Shown: piece by piece, positions 14,500 to 28,500 of the stretch
Layout of the letters: each line of letters starts with the position of its first letter
Position numbering within the stretch: position 1 is the stretch's first letter
Source of the DNA: Octopus vulgaris
Lineage: Eukaryota
Reading direction: 5' to 3'
NCBI GenBank assembly: GCA_951406725.2
Contig: OX597824.1
Span: 1,116,001 to 1,180,000 of the forward strand
DNA length: 64,000 nucleotides
The notes under the pieces: model-generated
The model's input: the letters and a program-made list of their open reading frames with translations, nothing else
Databases searched by the model: none
Told to the model about the DNA's origin: nothing
Program-made: the position numbers and the translations under genes

Positions 14500-14770
14500 T
14501 ATGATGGCCGTCCACTCGTGACCGAGGAAGACCATTGCTGACCTTCAGGAACAGTGTGCGCTCTAGGACAAACTTATATTTTGCATTTGGGGCTCCCTTG
14601 GTGGCTAGTGAGTCCTGCAAACATTACAAACTAAGTTTTCCCTATTCACTTCACCAGCAGTGCGCTTTCGAGCAGCACGCTTAAGTTCTTCATGCAGAAT
14701 ATGTCCTCCATCTGTAGCGATGACAGCTACTGCTCTGACAGTCAGTCTCCTGCATATTACAGGCCTTTAA
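14500..14770 (-). mobile_element. RTE-like LINE 3' end with (ATGT)n tail
   Basis: Minus strand HEELKRAARK..VCNVC zinc-finger-like remnant, then caatggtcttcctcggtcacgagtggacggccatc followed by ATGT repeats. Confidence 0.55.
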
Positions 14771-14836
14771 TGCATACATACATAGAAACATGCATAGAAA
14801 CATACATAAAAACATACACACATACAAACATACACA

Positions 14837-15110
14837 ACGAAGTCGTGTCTCACCCTTACCTTCGAAACACGGAGTAGACGAAGCAGGGGCAGCTGAAGAA
14901 GGGGAATATTCCTTGTGTTGTATGTCTTTTACTCTGTTTTTTTTGTTGTTTGGAAAAAGTCCCTTTCCATGGTTTTGTTTTTATGTTTTCGCTTCTCATT
15001 GTGTTCGACGTTTATTTTTATGTCCTGTACCCATATATGCATGTATATATATATAGATGTAGGTACGTACATATATGTATGTATATATGCATATGTTTTA
15101 TTTATTATTT
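14837..15110. repeat. Dispersed repeat, second copy at 43529-43797
   Basis: cgaagtcgtgtctc..ccttcgaaacacggagtaga..atagatgtaggtacgtacatat is shared by both loci. Confidence 0.85.
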
Positions 15111-15126
15111 TATTATTACATACATA

Positions 15127-16026
15127 CGAGGTAGTATGAACAGGTTTCCGGACTAGTTATGTGCAATAAAAAATAACTCATTTACTTAAGTTTTAACATT
15201 ATCTCTTTCGAAATAATCATCTTGCGCAGCAATACACCAATCTCAGCATTCCTGTCACTTTTGGAATCCGGCCTGGAAGTCTTTTTCCCTAAGTGAGTTG
15301 AGGACCTTCTGTAATTCACTCTGAATCATGACAACAGTGTTAAAACGGTGACCTTTGAGCTATATTTTCATCTTGGAGATGAGATGGAAATCTGATGGTG
15401 CTAAATTTGGTGAATAGGGCGGATGTGGAAGCGACACCATATTGTCTTGGGCAAGAAACACACGAGTGAGGAGAGCTTAGTGACAGGGTGCATTGGCATC
15501 GTGAAGGATCCGATTCTTCACACTCCATAAATCGGGTCGACCAATGTCCTCCCCCAAAGGCTTTAACGTGTTGCCATAGAACTTTCGATCGACGGTCTGG
15601 CCTTGGGGAAGTTGGTTCCCGATGCATCATATTTCCGGGGCTCACGCTCATGGCAGGTCTCCCAGACCGCTCATCGTCTTCCTGGGACGTTCTTCCGCTT
15701 TTGAAGCGCTTTTTCACTCTAAACGTTGCCTCGTTGTCGTAAACTTGCCAAAGAATGTCCAATGTTTCCGTAGAAGACTTCGCGAGTCTAACGCAAAGTT
15801 TCACGCCGGCTCTTTGTTCCAACTTCCTGTCCACAAGAGAATCGCAGGCTACAGCAGACACGTGACCACAAAAACACAAATTTCACAACTTGCGGACACA
15901 GTGATGTCACTCAACACACAGTTCCTCATGAGGGTCACTACTGCTAGCTCTCACTGCGCACGCAGCCGTGTGCTGCCATCTGCTGGCGTGCTACAGAACT
16001 AGTCCGGAAACCTTGATACCACCTCG
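15127..16026 (-). mobile_element. Internally deleted mariner transposon with both TIRs and TA duplication
   Basis: TA|CGAGGTAGTATGAACAGGTTTCCGGACTAGTT ... AACTAGTCCGGAAACCTTGATACCACCTCG|TA; EQRAGVKLCVRLAKS...RFKSGRTSQEDDERSGRP HTH region; PPYSPNLAPSDF at ~15387-15422. Confidence 0.92.
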
Positions 16027-16248
16027 TACATACATACATACATGTATACACATAATGAGTAAGTGGACAAATGAGAGAAAGTGAAACTGAACACATTTGG
16101 TCGGAGTTGCATTTAATGTTTTAATAACAGTTTCATTCCGCTCCAGGCAACTTAAAGTTTCGTGAACTCGGTTGCTGAAGCCTTAAGAATTAGATATCGT
16201 TTACGAGCCTATGAAACTTTAAGGAGCATGGAGCTGTATCAAACTGTA

Positions 16249-16632
<384 letters not shown>

Positions 16633-17239
16633 CGTAATAATAAACAATTTGCCAAAAGGAGATGACTAACTCTTATAGGATTTGAACTCATAACTTCAAA
16701 GCATTTAGCTGTCCAGTATTCTAGCCTAAACCTTCATGATGCTTGCATTATATTCATAATTAACTGTTAATTTGCTTTTATTTTCTTTGTTAATTACCAA
16801 GGGATAGGAATAGACAAGTGAAGTTTTCCAGCCAAAGTAAATCTAATCGTACATCTTTTCTATTTTGGTTAGATATATATGCAAATACAGAAGCTATTTT
16901 CAGATATAATAAGCAACAAATGATTGACGCGTATGTCTTGCAGTCTTCTCTCGTATAATCAATCGACAGACGCCACCCGAAAGAGTTTAAACTGTAATTT
17001 TCATTAAAACAGAACGACTCACAATGTAATATGACTGACATGTATTTTTTTCCTTCGAAGCGAGGCGTGTGGAAGTTTTTTGATAGAGACAATATCAATA
17101 TATCTGTTATTCTCTTCTTTAAAAGAGAAGGATTATTATAACAGGTTTTTTGTCGTCAACTACTTCTGAGGCAATCATAATTAACCATACATACGTGTAG
17201 ATACGCAAACACACACCACACATAGACATACCTTTTCCA

Positions 17240-17580
17240 CACATCATCAGTGATTTTTCCTGGTGTCATTAAGTGTTTCGGCTCTTTCAAAATCAGACAT
17301 CCTCACCTAGGTAACCCATCCACGGTTGATTAAGCCCGATCTTGCGTTCTTTTAGCATTACCCCTGGGTGCACTGCTCTTTGCAGGAATTGAACATCCTG
17401 ATTGACATCCATCTTGAAACAACCTGTGCTGCATCCACAGCCAATCTGATGACCTTCTGCTTACTGGATCCAGTAAGATCTACAAATCCTTTGAAAACCC
17501 TTTGTAGTACACCTCAATGGAATCTCACGCACCTGCCACCTATTTCTTTGGCATAATTCCACAGGCTCAGCATACTTCCG
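17240..17580 (-). mobile_element. Possible 3' fragment of a REL-type LINE
   Basis: WQVREIPLRCTTKGF resembles the P.EVG.RGF C-terminal REL motif; highly decayed. Confidence 0.4.
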
Positions 17581-18530
17581 CTTCTCAGTCGAAATGATGA
17601 GACGTATTTTAAACGCAACTAACTGGGATTCGAACTGGGCTCATTTATTGCAAATAAAACGTGTCCCATAATTATTAGACACCCTATACATACATTCACG
17701 CATACATACATACGTAGATACATTCATACATATATGCATACATACATTCATACATACATACATTCACACACTCACATACATACATTCACATATACATACA
17801 TACATACATACATACATACATACATACATACATACATACATACATACATACATACATACATACATGCATGCATACATTAATACATACATACATGCACACA
17901 CATATCATTGTCTTACTGACATCATTTGAGACGCGTTCATTTATGTAGCCATAGGGAATTTAAAGCCACAGGAAAACAGGAGTAAGGAAGAGTATCTGAC
18001 ATTAATTTATCCCCAAAAGCAAGAACTTAACTGTCAGTTCCCAGCGCTTTTAATTCTAAGTGGATGTAGAATACGAGCTGCATTAGATTTTTTGTTTGCG
18101 ATAAGGAGAAAGATAAATGTAGCTATATCACCATCACTTGACCCGCGTTGTTATTCCCTTTTGCCACTCCAAATTAGAGTTGGGGTAATTCTCCCTAAAT
18201 TCATTCTGCTAAAATAATAGCAACAGGCATGTAATTCTTCTATTCTCTAGTTCTGATGAAAAAATTTGCTAAAAAGATTATAATGGAGTTTCCTGTATTT
18301 TGAAAACCTATATGGTCGCATGCATCCGAGGAAATCGGTGAATTTCAAGTTGATGTAATGATGGCATTGACCGATTAAATGGTGCCACCTGAACGGCCGT
18401 AATGCACAAATACCTGGACATTCTTGTTACTTATTTGCTTTTTATTCACCTTACTTCGAGCTGCGCAAGTAATACCGGACTGACTTGGTGCCTCAACTTA
18501 AGTACTTAATTTAAATGAATATTAATTATT

Positions 18531-18585
<55 letters not shown>

Positions 18586-18735
18586 AGAAATGGTAAGACA
18601 ACAAAAGAATGAAAGAGACCTCGATATTATGTAAATAGAGGAATTTATCTGTAAATGTAATATGTGACAATTATTCAGTATTCATGATAAAACTCCGAGT
18701 TTTATATATATATACATTTATACATTTATACATAC

Positions 18736-18766
<31 letters not shown>

Positions 18767-18894
18767 ATTATATTTAATAAAATAATTTAGATTCAGATGA
18801 ATATGGCACTTAAGATGAGGCACCAGAATTTAGTATGGTATAAGGTGATTAAATTCAGGTTATTTTGATTTTATATATATATATATATATACAT

Positions 18895-19041
18895 GGCGCA
18901 AATGTAGCTGCGTGGTAAGAAGCTTGCTTACCAACCACATGATTCTGGGTACAGTCCAACTGCGTGGCACCTTCAGCAAGTGTCTTCTACTATAGCCTCG
19001 GCCGACCAAAGCCTTGGGAGTGGATTTGGTAGACCGAAACT
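18895..19041 (+). mobile_element. SINE family A, 5' part
   Basis: tRNA-like head through gtggatttggtagac. Confidence 0.8.
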
Positions 19042-19099
19042 ATATATATATACATACACATATATATACATACACTATATATATATATACATACACATA

Positions 19100-19135
<36 letters not shown>

Positions 19136-19476
19136 TACATACATACAAATGTTAAAGAGGATAGCAAACGCTAAGGCAAGGCAAACATCTCAAGTCATGT
19201 ATTATTATTGGAAAACAATTTTATAATAACAATGAATGTGACTCGAGCTATTTATCTTGCCTTAACGCTTGCTGCACTCATTTACAATTACATTTCCGAT
19301 GCATCCGACATTTGCAATGGCTCCATAACTAACATCTCGGCTATAACCTCGGAGTCCTAGTAATCCGTTACAACCAATTACCTAGCGTGAACTAATTGTG
19401 AACTAAACAAGTTTACTTTGAGTTTTGCACGCATATTTTTTTCTCTCCTTCTTTCTGTGTTTTTTTTCTCTGTGTA

Positions 19477-19515
19477 TCTTTCTGTTGAAGAGCGTAGGCT
19501 CGAAACGTTAAAGAC
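19477..19515 (+). ncRNA. Minimal hammerhead-like motif (variant core) in a Penelope pLTR-like remnant
   Basis: tcttt CTGTTGA a gagc-gtag-gctc GAAA cg TT aaaga. Stems I and II pair; the core has U in place of A6. Confidence 0.5.
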
Positions 19516-19642
19516 TTGTTTCATTTATATTTCCTGAGCGCCATACTAATACAATTGTTTGTTTGTATTCCACCTGCCTTCGTCTTTTGTTTGTTTCCGT
19601 AAACCTGCTTTCGTCTTTTGTCTATTTTCATAAAGCTTACCG

Positions 19643-19696
<54 letters not shown>

Positions 19697-19868
19697 TAAG
19701 TATGAAATACCAATGGCTGTTTTAATGAAATACTGCCTTAATTGCGTATATTGGATTATTTTTGTCAGCAACACGGTTGTAGCTTTTCCTTTATGAAGGG
19801 TGGTTGCACGTGGAGCGCCACTGGCAAATACATCTAGCTCTCTTGCTGACCGCTGCTCTAATGAACTT

Positions 19869-19908
<40 letters not shown>

Positions 19909-20062
19909 CTGATATTTGCTGTGGTTTTAAGACCGCAAGACCATAAGAGATATTATTTCTGAACAAATTCTGCTGTAACTCTATCGACAAAGTGAATACG
20001 TTAACTATGATACATAGATGACTATATACATACGCACGCACGCACATGCATCCATCCCGCCT

Positions 20063-20175
<113 letters not shown>

Positions 20176-20287
20176 CCGTCTGTCTGTCTGTCTGTCTATC
20201 TGTCTGTCTATCTATCCATTCTTCCATCCATCCAGCCAGCCATCTATATGTTTGTTTGCGCGCGCGCGCGCGTGTGTGTACATGTGT

Positions 20288-20331
<44 letters not shown>

Positions 20332-20459
20332 TCACACATACATACACAAAAGTAGAATGTGGTGGACTTACAGTTATTCATATGGAAAACTTGAATACAT
20401 ATTTCAGACTTTAGAATTAAACTTACATATATGCGTATGCGTGTGCGGGTGTGTGTGTG

Positions 20460-20501
<42 letters not shown>

Positions 20502-20680
20502 CCCTTTTCAAGCCTAGCCAGGATCACGGGCCCGGTTTCCCGGTTTCTATGGCGTATGTGTGAATGGAGTTGCATGTGTGCCCAAATAGTGTTATTTTTT
20601 TGGTTTGAATCCAGGTTTTACTGAATTACAAACCCTCACCCTCAGTTTATCACTCTCACTCTGGCCTTCCGTTTCTCTAT

Positions 20681-20752
<72 letters not shown>

Positions 20753-21152
20753 GCAAACACACACACAAAGCAAACACTTTTGTTTTGGTTTACTTGTAAG
20801 CTCGTGTCCAGGTAACGTATCTCTAGGAGTAAAGCTCAGACTAAGTGCTACCTGTGTGGGTGTGTTTGTGTGTGCAATAGAGAGAAAAGGAGGGAGATAA
20901 GAAATAAGAGTGGCAGGAGAACCAATAAATGAGAGTGAATAAGAGAGAGAGAGAGAGAGAGAGAGAACGAGAGAGAGAAAGAGAGAGAGAAAGAGAGAGG
21001 GAGTGAGAGAAAGGGAGAAGACGAGAGACATGGTGAGTGCAAGTCTGTGATGCAGAAAACAAATATTGAAAAAGAAAGATATGGTATGAACGAGTCGGAG
21101 CAAAATGAATTGATAGCTGGCTTCTGAAACGGATCTGGATAGATTTATAGGG

Positions 21153-21284
21153 ATATAGATTGACATATAGATTGATATATAGATTGATATATAGATTGAT
21201 ATATAGATTGACATATAGATTGATATATAGATTGATATATAGATTGATATATAGATTGACATATAGATTGATATATAGATTGAT
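21153..21284. repeat. 12-bp minisatellite (ATATAGATTGAY) x11
   Basis: Direct reading; 132 bp. Confidence 0.92.
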
Positions 21285-21360
21285 ATATATATATATATAA
21301 ACATATATACATGCATCATACATTATATATATATATATATATATACACTCACATATATAT

Positions 21361-21518
21361 GACGGGCTTCTTTCAGTTTCCGTCTACCAAATCCACTCAC
21401 AAGGCTTTGGTCGGCCCGAGGCTATAGTAGAAGACACTTGCCCAAGGTGCCACGCAGTGGGACTGAACCCAGAACCATGTTCGTTGGTAAGCAAGCTACT
21501 TACCACACAACCACTCCT
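21361..21518 (-). mobile_element. SINE family A, 5' part
   Basis: Matches 8328-8483. Confidence 0.85.
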
Positions 21519-21599
21519 ACATAACACTGACTCAACACAAACACACACAAATATGTATCCATATGTGTGCGTATATATATATACATACATATACATATG

Positions 21600-21653
<54 letters not shown>

Positions 21654-21867
21654 CTGTAATCCCTCGCCACATCGCGGTTCATCTATCGCGGTTTATTATT
21701 TAAGCTTCTGTTGATTCATCCGTGGTGTGTTTTGCATTCATAATAAAATAAATATATACAAATTATAATATATATATATATATACAGTACTGTTTCTATT
21801 TCGCGGATTTCACCTATCGCGGTAGGGAGGGGTGGAACGTAACACCCGCGATAGTGAGGGATTACTG
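21654..21867. mobile_element. pogo/Tigger-like MITE
   Basis: TA|CTGTAATCCCTCGC..ATCGCGG and CCGCGATAGTGAGGGATTACTG|TA imperfect TIRs. Confidence 0.7.
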
Positions 21868-22444
21868 TATATCTATTTATGTGTATGTGTGTGTGTGTGT
21901 GTGTGTGTAGAAAGACAAACAGACAGACAGATAGATTTAATAGAGTGTTGGAAGATAGATATATAGAAATAAAGGAGGAATGCGATGGAGCAACAGAGAC
22001 AAAGAGAAGGCAGGATAAAGATAGAATGTAAGGTAGAGAGAAAGAGAGAGGAGAGAGAGAGAGGAGAGAGAGAGAGAGAAGCGTGTGAAGAAGGGAAATA
22101 TAATCGAAGTAGGAGGAATTGAGATAGGCGGTAAGAGTGGGAGGGAAAAGCAATAGATATGTATTTTGAATTAAGGATCCAGACCTGTACACTCACGCAT
22201 ACACCTATACATCTAGACACACACACACACACACACATACGTAATACAATTAAAGAGAAGGGGAAAATCGATATCGATGGTAGATCAAATTGATTACAAG
22301 AGAGTAAGAGGGGGAAGGCGACGAGGTGGGTGATATAGAATGCATGAAAGAAAGAAAGAAAGAAAGAAAGGAGCAAAGAGAAAAAGAAACAGAGAGACAG
22401 GCTGACAGACATGTAGATAGATTGATAGGTAAATGGGTAGATAG

Positions 22445-22494
<50 letters not shown>

Positions 22495-23079
22495 ATAGAT
22501 AGATTGTCAGAGAGAGAGAGAGAGAGAGAGAGAGGCGGGGATAAGAATTGATAGACTCAGATAACAAAACGAGAGATGACCAGTGTTTATGTAAATATTA
22601 TGGTCAACACCGCCTCCATCTTCTTATCCACGCCTGCTTCATCTATTTACCTTACCAACCTACCTGGCTATTATTCCAGCGCACTTATCTGCTAGTCAGG
22701 TAAAGCCACCCCTACAAGTCACCTTGTTTGCATCCGTGCATGTATGAGGTTAACTACAACAACGAAAGCCAGTAAAACTATCTGCGTTGTAAAAAGTGAT
22801 CAAAGCAGGCAAACGCTCTTCGTTGTGTTTCCAATTGTACTGGATGTTTCTCTTATGTAACAAAGTGGATTGAGTGGGGGGTACAGAAAAAAGAAGACGA
22901 AGGAGAAGAAGAGGAAATAGGAGAAAGAAAATAGAAAGAGAGAGAGAAACGCATTTTGAGAGAGTCAGTTGGATAAAAATACTACAACGTGCAACAGTTA
23001 TCGAAAAGACGTGCATCTTTCCATCAAACGAAAACCAAAGAGCCTGACCCGCGGAGTCAGCAAATTTTGGTTCCTCAAC

Positions 23080-23134
23080 ATGAGAAACGCTGTCTTATCC
23101 CTCGTGATTTTGGTGGCAACATTACAAACAACAG
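23080..23134 (+). CDS. Exon 1 (start codon, signal peptide) of a secreted/surface EGF-cadherin-repeat protein
   Basis: caacATG (A at -3) encodes MRNAVLSLVILVATLQTT, a basic N-terminus plus hydrophobic core. Donor AG|GTTAGA at 23135 is phase 1, matching exon 2. Confidence 0.75.
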
Positions 23135-23831
23135 GTTAGACATTTCTTTATGATATTTATTGGTGAATTGTGTGGCGTAAGGACAAAATGCTTAGAGTTA
23201 TGCAAGGGCGCGCAGAGCAAAGTATGGACGCATGATTACAAAATTAGATTAACAATCATGAGGTCCTACAGCCTGGAATCATGGGTTAATGTCGGTTTCT
23301 CTATGCTTGCGTCGATCTTTGTCTTGTGGGTGGAAATGGATTGACAGAAACTGTTCGGAAGCAGGTCACAATGACTGTATTTGTAATTCAAAGATCTCGG
23401 CGTATTACGCAGTGCCACACTGTGTCACACCGATTCCACCTGAGAATTACATCAGTGGTACATATGTTTGTGGAATACTCAACCATATGTACGCTAATTT
23501 AATGAACCTTGTATGAACGGAAACTGTGTCGTAGATTAGTTTATCAAGCTTTGGGTAGGACATCCAAGGAGGAGCACCGTCTGGTGATAAGAAACTTAAT
23601 GGCAGCAAAAAAGCTTTCTTTATTGATTTGTGTATTAAGCACCTCAATGTTACACACACACGTGCAAAATCTTATTGTGTTCTTTTGGCTGTTAGAAATT
23701 TTCTTTTACTCTTCTCTTAATTCCTGCACATGAGCCGTAGCCATGTTTGAGTACCACACATAACGTGGCTACTGTTTCTATCATCCTATCATCTTTCGTT
23801 GGTTTTTGGTCAATGAGTAAGTTTGATACCT

Positions 23832-24061
23832 ATTTCTTTATTACTCACAAGGGGATAAACATACAGGGGACAAATAGGAACAGACATAGGTATTAAGTCG
23901 ATTATATCGACCCCAGTGCGTAACAGGTACTTAATTTATCGACCCCGAAAGGATGTAAGGCAAAGTCGACCTCGGCGGAATTTGAACTCACAACGTAACG
24001 ACAGACGAAATACGGCTATGCATTTCGCCCGGTGTGCTAACATTTCTGCCAGCTCGCCGCC
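23832..24061 (-). mobile_element. tRNA-derived SINE family B
   Basis: Head ggcggcgagctggcagaa..gagttcaaattcc and core ctttgccttacatcctttcggggtcgataaattaagtacc. Decayed copies near 6685-6800, 14225-14300, 39915-40010 and 46900-47040. Confidence 0.85.
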
Positions 24062-24731
24062 TTTCAGCGAGTAAGCTTGATACCTTTGTTCTAATATGCG
24101 TTTCTTGCCCTTGCATAAATTCATCAGTTGGTTGAATAACAGGGATCTCTCAAATTTTTCGGTAGGATAAGGAACAGTTGCTGGCCTTTGAACCGTAACT
24201 GTTGCAGTATATCTAAATAGAGAGAGCGATACCTTTTCACTTTTTAAGATAATGTTGGCACCCCCGAATAGTTACAATGGTTGACACCCATTCTTGTTAG
24301 CGCTGAAGTATTTAGTTCCTTATGTTCTGAGTTCGGATCCTGCTAAAATGAACTTTGCCTCTCATCCATTTGAACACTGAGAAACACATAATAGCCATAC
24401 TGTATAAGGCCTTGACTAAATCAATTATACCTATCCTAATGCCGGACATCAATATTTGTTGGTAGTAACAGTAGAATAACGGCAAAACACCTTAGACTTT
24501 TCTTTTAATAACGGTTCTTTAAGTTCTGTGTTCAGATCCTTAAGAGTTCATCATCTCCCAACGCACGGTCGATTAAATAAGTACTAGTCAATTATTAGGA
24601 CCATCATCTCATCGACTATAAACATCCCAGACATTTGAAGTATTTTGTCTGTGATCGAAGTCAATACTTCACAAAGTAAAATATTTTATAGAATTGAGAC
24701 GTGCAGCTTTATGAGTTTCTTTATATTTCTA

Positions 24732-25613
24732 CTCGCAGTATTGCCCGGCTCGTGCGTTCTATGCAGTATTGCCCGGCTTGTGCGCTCGTGCGTTCTATGC
24801 AGTATTGCCCGGCTTGTGCGTTCTATGCACGCGCGAATTAAGCTAAACTTGGATGAAGTTCAATCAAAATTCAATTTTTTGGTTTTAAAATCAAGCATTT
24901 AATGCCCTCTATTTTTGCACTTATGTGTTCCATTTCCTCAATAGAAAGTATGTTGAAGCGTTTCATAAATTTTTGTTGATCAATTAATTGCATTGTTGAA
25001 TTAATCTTTTAGATCAGTATTTCTCAACGGGGATTTCAGGGGAGAGCTTCAGAGAGTCGCTGGCGATGTATCGTGAAGATCAAAAATCCGTCCTGCTAAA
25101 ATTTAGTTAAAGTGATTCAAACTGCAAACTCAACGCAAAATGGTCACATTTAATTCAAAGCGTTAAAAATGTTATGAAAACAATTGGTATGTGTTCACAA
25201 AGTCCAAACGATTAATATGAAAAAACCCTCCAGGCTATATCCCGAAAATTCATTTCTTGCCGAATTTCTACAATGTTTAGTGATTCGTTTTTATATCTTG
25301 ATTTTTTATTTTTCATGCAATTTACGCATGCTTGCATACGTGGTGAACACAGTTCACGTCAAACAGCTGACTGAGTAAAGTTCACTATTCAATACATGGG
25401 ATAAGGCCTAAACAAACACATTATCGATTTTTGCACTTGCGAGATGAATTTCGGAACAGAAATAGCGCAGTTCAATTTTCATTCGCCTAAACTTTAAGTG
25501 GCCCATTTTTGGTGGTTCTACGATTTGTTGGCTAGGAGGAGATGTGCCGGGAAGTTAAACACACAGACACACACACAGATACACACAAGTTGAGTTTTAT
25601 ATATATATATAGA
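24732..25613 (-). mobile_element. Non-autonomous Helitron-like element
   Basis: Minus strand begins A|TCTATATATAT..AAAACTC followed by a microsatellite, and ends with GC-rich gcacgagccgggcaatactgcgag|T (CTAG-like end). Confidence 0.5.
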
Positions 25614-25779
25614 TATTCGTGTTGAAAAAGCAACTAGTATTTAATTCTTTTCTTCATTTTCCTACACACACACACAGACACACACACAAACACACACATG
25701 TATATATGAAACATACTTATACTAACATGTATAATATATAGACATACATATATATACATACACACATACATATATCCAT

Positions 25780-25825
25780 ATTTGGATCTGGTAGACGGAA
25801 ACTGAAACAGTCCTGCCGTTTGTGA

Positions 25826-25857
<32 letters not shown>

Positions 25858-26080
25858 CTGTGTGTGTGTGTATTTATGTGTGTGTGTGTGTCTGTGTTGT
25901 CTTCCCCACCATCGCTTGACAACCGATGTTGGTGTGTTTATGTCCCCGAAACTTAGCGGTTCGGCTAACGAGGCCGATAGTATAAGTACTAGGCTTGCAA
26001 AGAATTAGTTCTGGGGTCGATTTTTTCGACGAAAGGCGGTGCTCCAAGTGACTGAAACGTCTAAAAGAGTAAAAGAATAA
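25780..26080 (+). mobile_element. SINE family A, 3' part
   Basis: ggtagacggaaactgaaa..catcgcttgacaaccgatg..cttagcggttcggc matches the other copies. Confidence 0.8.
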
Positions 26081-26088
26081 ATAAATAA

Positions 26089-26134
<46 letters not shown>

Positions 26135-26884
26135 CCATTCTACCCCACATCAGCCGGTATATGCATCTGTCTGTTCTTTGTTGGTCTCATGGGTATGGTT
26201 GACATGCGCATAAACACACACAGCGCGCGCGCACAAACGCGTGCGCACGCATGCTCACATATATCATCCCTCTTACGTGCAGAAATACTAATAACTCGTT
26301 GTTAAAACTCACTTTGCATATATTTCCCAGCCAGCCAGCCAGCCAGCAAGTAGATGCAGAGTGTAATATTGATGAATAAACGAATGTCAAAAAACAAAAA
26401 ACTAGAACAAGCAAGCAATTAGGAAATCACTTTCATTAGCTTACAGATGTTTTTGCTGTAAGAAATACTGTATCCATATATGTATGCCGTGGCTTCGTCA
26501 GAGCCATTTGAATGAAGTGCTCCCTTATTAAATACAATTAAATACAAACACACACACACACACGCACACACAAACATATTTGGGTGTGCTTAGACACACA
26601 TATATATGTCGAGGAACCAAATGAGTATTCTGCAATTTCATGGTGAACAACTTGCAGATATGATTTGTTTATAGCGATCAAATCCGTGTGCTGCAGATTA
26701 ACTCACTCCTTGCGTTACATCAACATTACCTACACAGGCGCTTGGTGTACCATACTTCAGTGAAAGATTCTAATGCACTGCTCGGTCTGGGAATCGAAAT
26801 CCCGATCGTTAACGTAACACCCTAACCACCAAGCCACGCGGCATCACTAATATGTATGTATATATGTATGCATGTATATATATA

Positions 26885-27775
26885 AGACATGTTGCTATTT
26901 TCTGAGTATAAAGACATTGGTACCTGAAGTAATTTTACTCTGGTATATAGAGTTTCTGATCTTAGAATTACTAGACATAAACTTAATTCTGTTGGAATTG
27001 ACTTCAGAGAAAATAACCTTGTTATTGATATTTCTAGGGGGATGGTTAGTGTTGGTATTAGCTAAATTAATGTTAGTATTAGCTAATGGATTCTTATTAA
27101 TTAGACTAATATTATGTGAGGAGATAATTTGTAAGAGATTTTTGGTGTAGGAAAAACCAATCCTAACCGTGTGCGAGTTTATAATAGAGTAATACCTAGA
27201 ATGTTTGGAAAATTCGTAATAATAGCTTCTCGAAACTGGAAAGGAAGATTAGATTTAATTTGCCTCCTATAAAGAATAATCAACCATATGGTTTCGCTAT
27301 TAGTTGCCTTCTTTTTAGTGTAACTATCTTTAAAAGACATCGAGAATGAAAAAAGGGGTTTAAATAACGGTTATCTCCCCTTCTCTGTTTGATGTTGGCG
27401 TATAAATTAAAATTGATATCGTTTATATCCGTACAACTAGATTTCATGTATCCATTACTAAAGGTAGAATAAGATTGAATGGAACTAATGTAGGTACCTC
27501 TATCTGTATAACCTGCTTTAAGTAAAGCAGAGTTATAAAATTCAGCCTTGTCCTTGAAAATGTCTACATTAGCAGATAACTTAGACAATCTAAATGAAAT
27601 ATTCTTAACTAAGTTAATAGTGATTGCCCTAGAATGATTACTGAATTGGGTAATATACTTAAGATTGGTCGATGGTTTGTGGTACGGGAAGTACGAAATA
27701 TTGTTAAGTGTAATTATTGTTAAATTACGTGTAATATCTAAAAAGTTGGCTTCCATTACATCATCAAAACGATGC
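26885..27775 (-). mobile_element. Penelope-like element fragment (RT C-terminal/thumb region)
   Basis: ORF 27280-27756: NFLDITRNL...PYHKPSTNLKYI..FSNH...NISFRLSKLSAN..IF.....YNSALLKAGY. Confidence 0.8.
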
Positions 27776-27780
27776 CTAAG

Positions 27781-27782
<2 letters not shown>

Positions 27783-27819
<37 letters not shown>

Positions 27820-28050
27820 ACATACATATATACATACATATATACATACATATATACATACATGTACTTACATATGAAAACAATTAACAGTCGTCGAGAA
27901 TGTATCGTAGCTCTTCGCCCAGACATTTGAAACTCCGAGTACTATAATGACAAACTTTTACTCTTTGTTCTAAATCATAACACACACACGCACGCACGCA
28001 CACGCACGCACGCACGCACACGCACGCACGCACACGCACGCACGCACACG

Positions 28051-28096
<46 letters not shown>

Positions 28097-28223
28097 CTAA
28101 AGATTGGTCGATGGTTTTTGGTATGGGAAGTACGAAAAACTTAACTTACACAATAATTCGTACTTCCCAACCAAAAACCATCGACCAATCTTTAGTATAT
28201 ATATATATATGTGTGTGTGTGTG

Positions 28224-28259
<36 letters not shown>

Positions 28260-28500
28260 CGTGTGTGCGTGCGTGTGTGTGCTATGATTTAGAACAAAGA
28301 GTAAAAGTTTGTCATTATAGTACTCGGAGTTTCAAATGTCGGGGCGAAGAGCTACGATACATTCTCGACGGCTGTTAATTGTTTGACGTATGTTTCTATA
28401 TATATACGTATGCAGCCTACATATGTAAGTACATGTATGTATGTATGTATGTATGTATGTATGTATGTATGTATGTATGTATGTATGTATGTATATATAT
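27783..28500. repeat. Fold-back (palindromic) structure adjacent to a Penelope-like fragment
   Basis: 27878-27980 is inverted at 28283-28384 and 28093-28136 at 28157-28200, with mirrored microsatellites between and outside; ~20-nt central loop. Confidence 0.85.

Noticed and set aside
14855-14915. GAAA...CTGAAGA as a permuted hammerhead (also ~43550-43600)
   Set aside because: No convincing stem I between the motifs, and no GAAA after the CTGAAGA hairpin.
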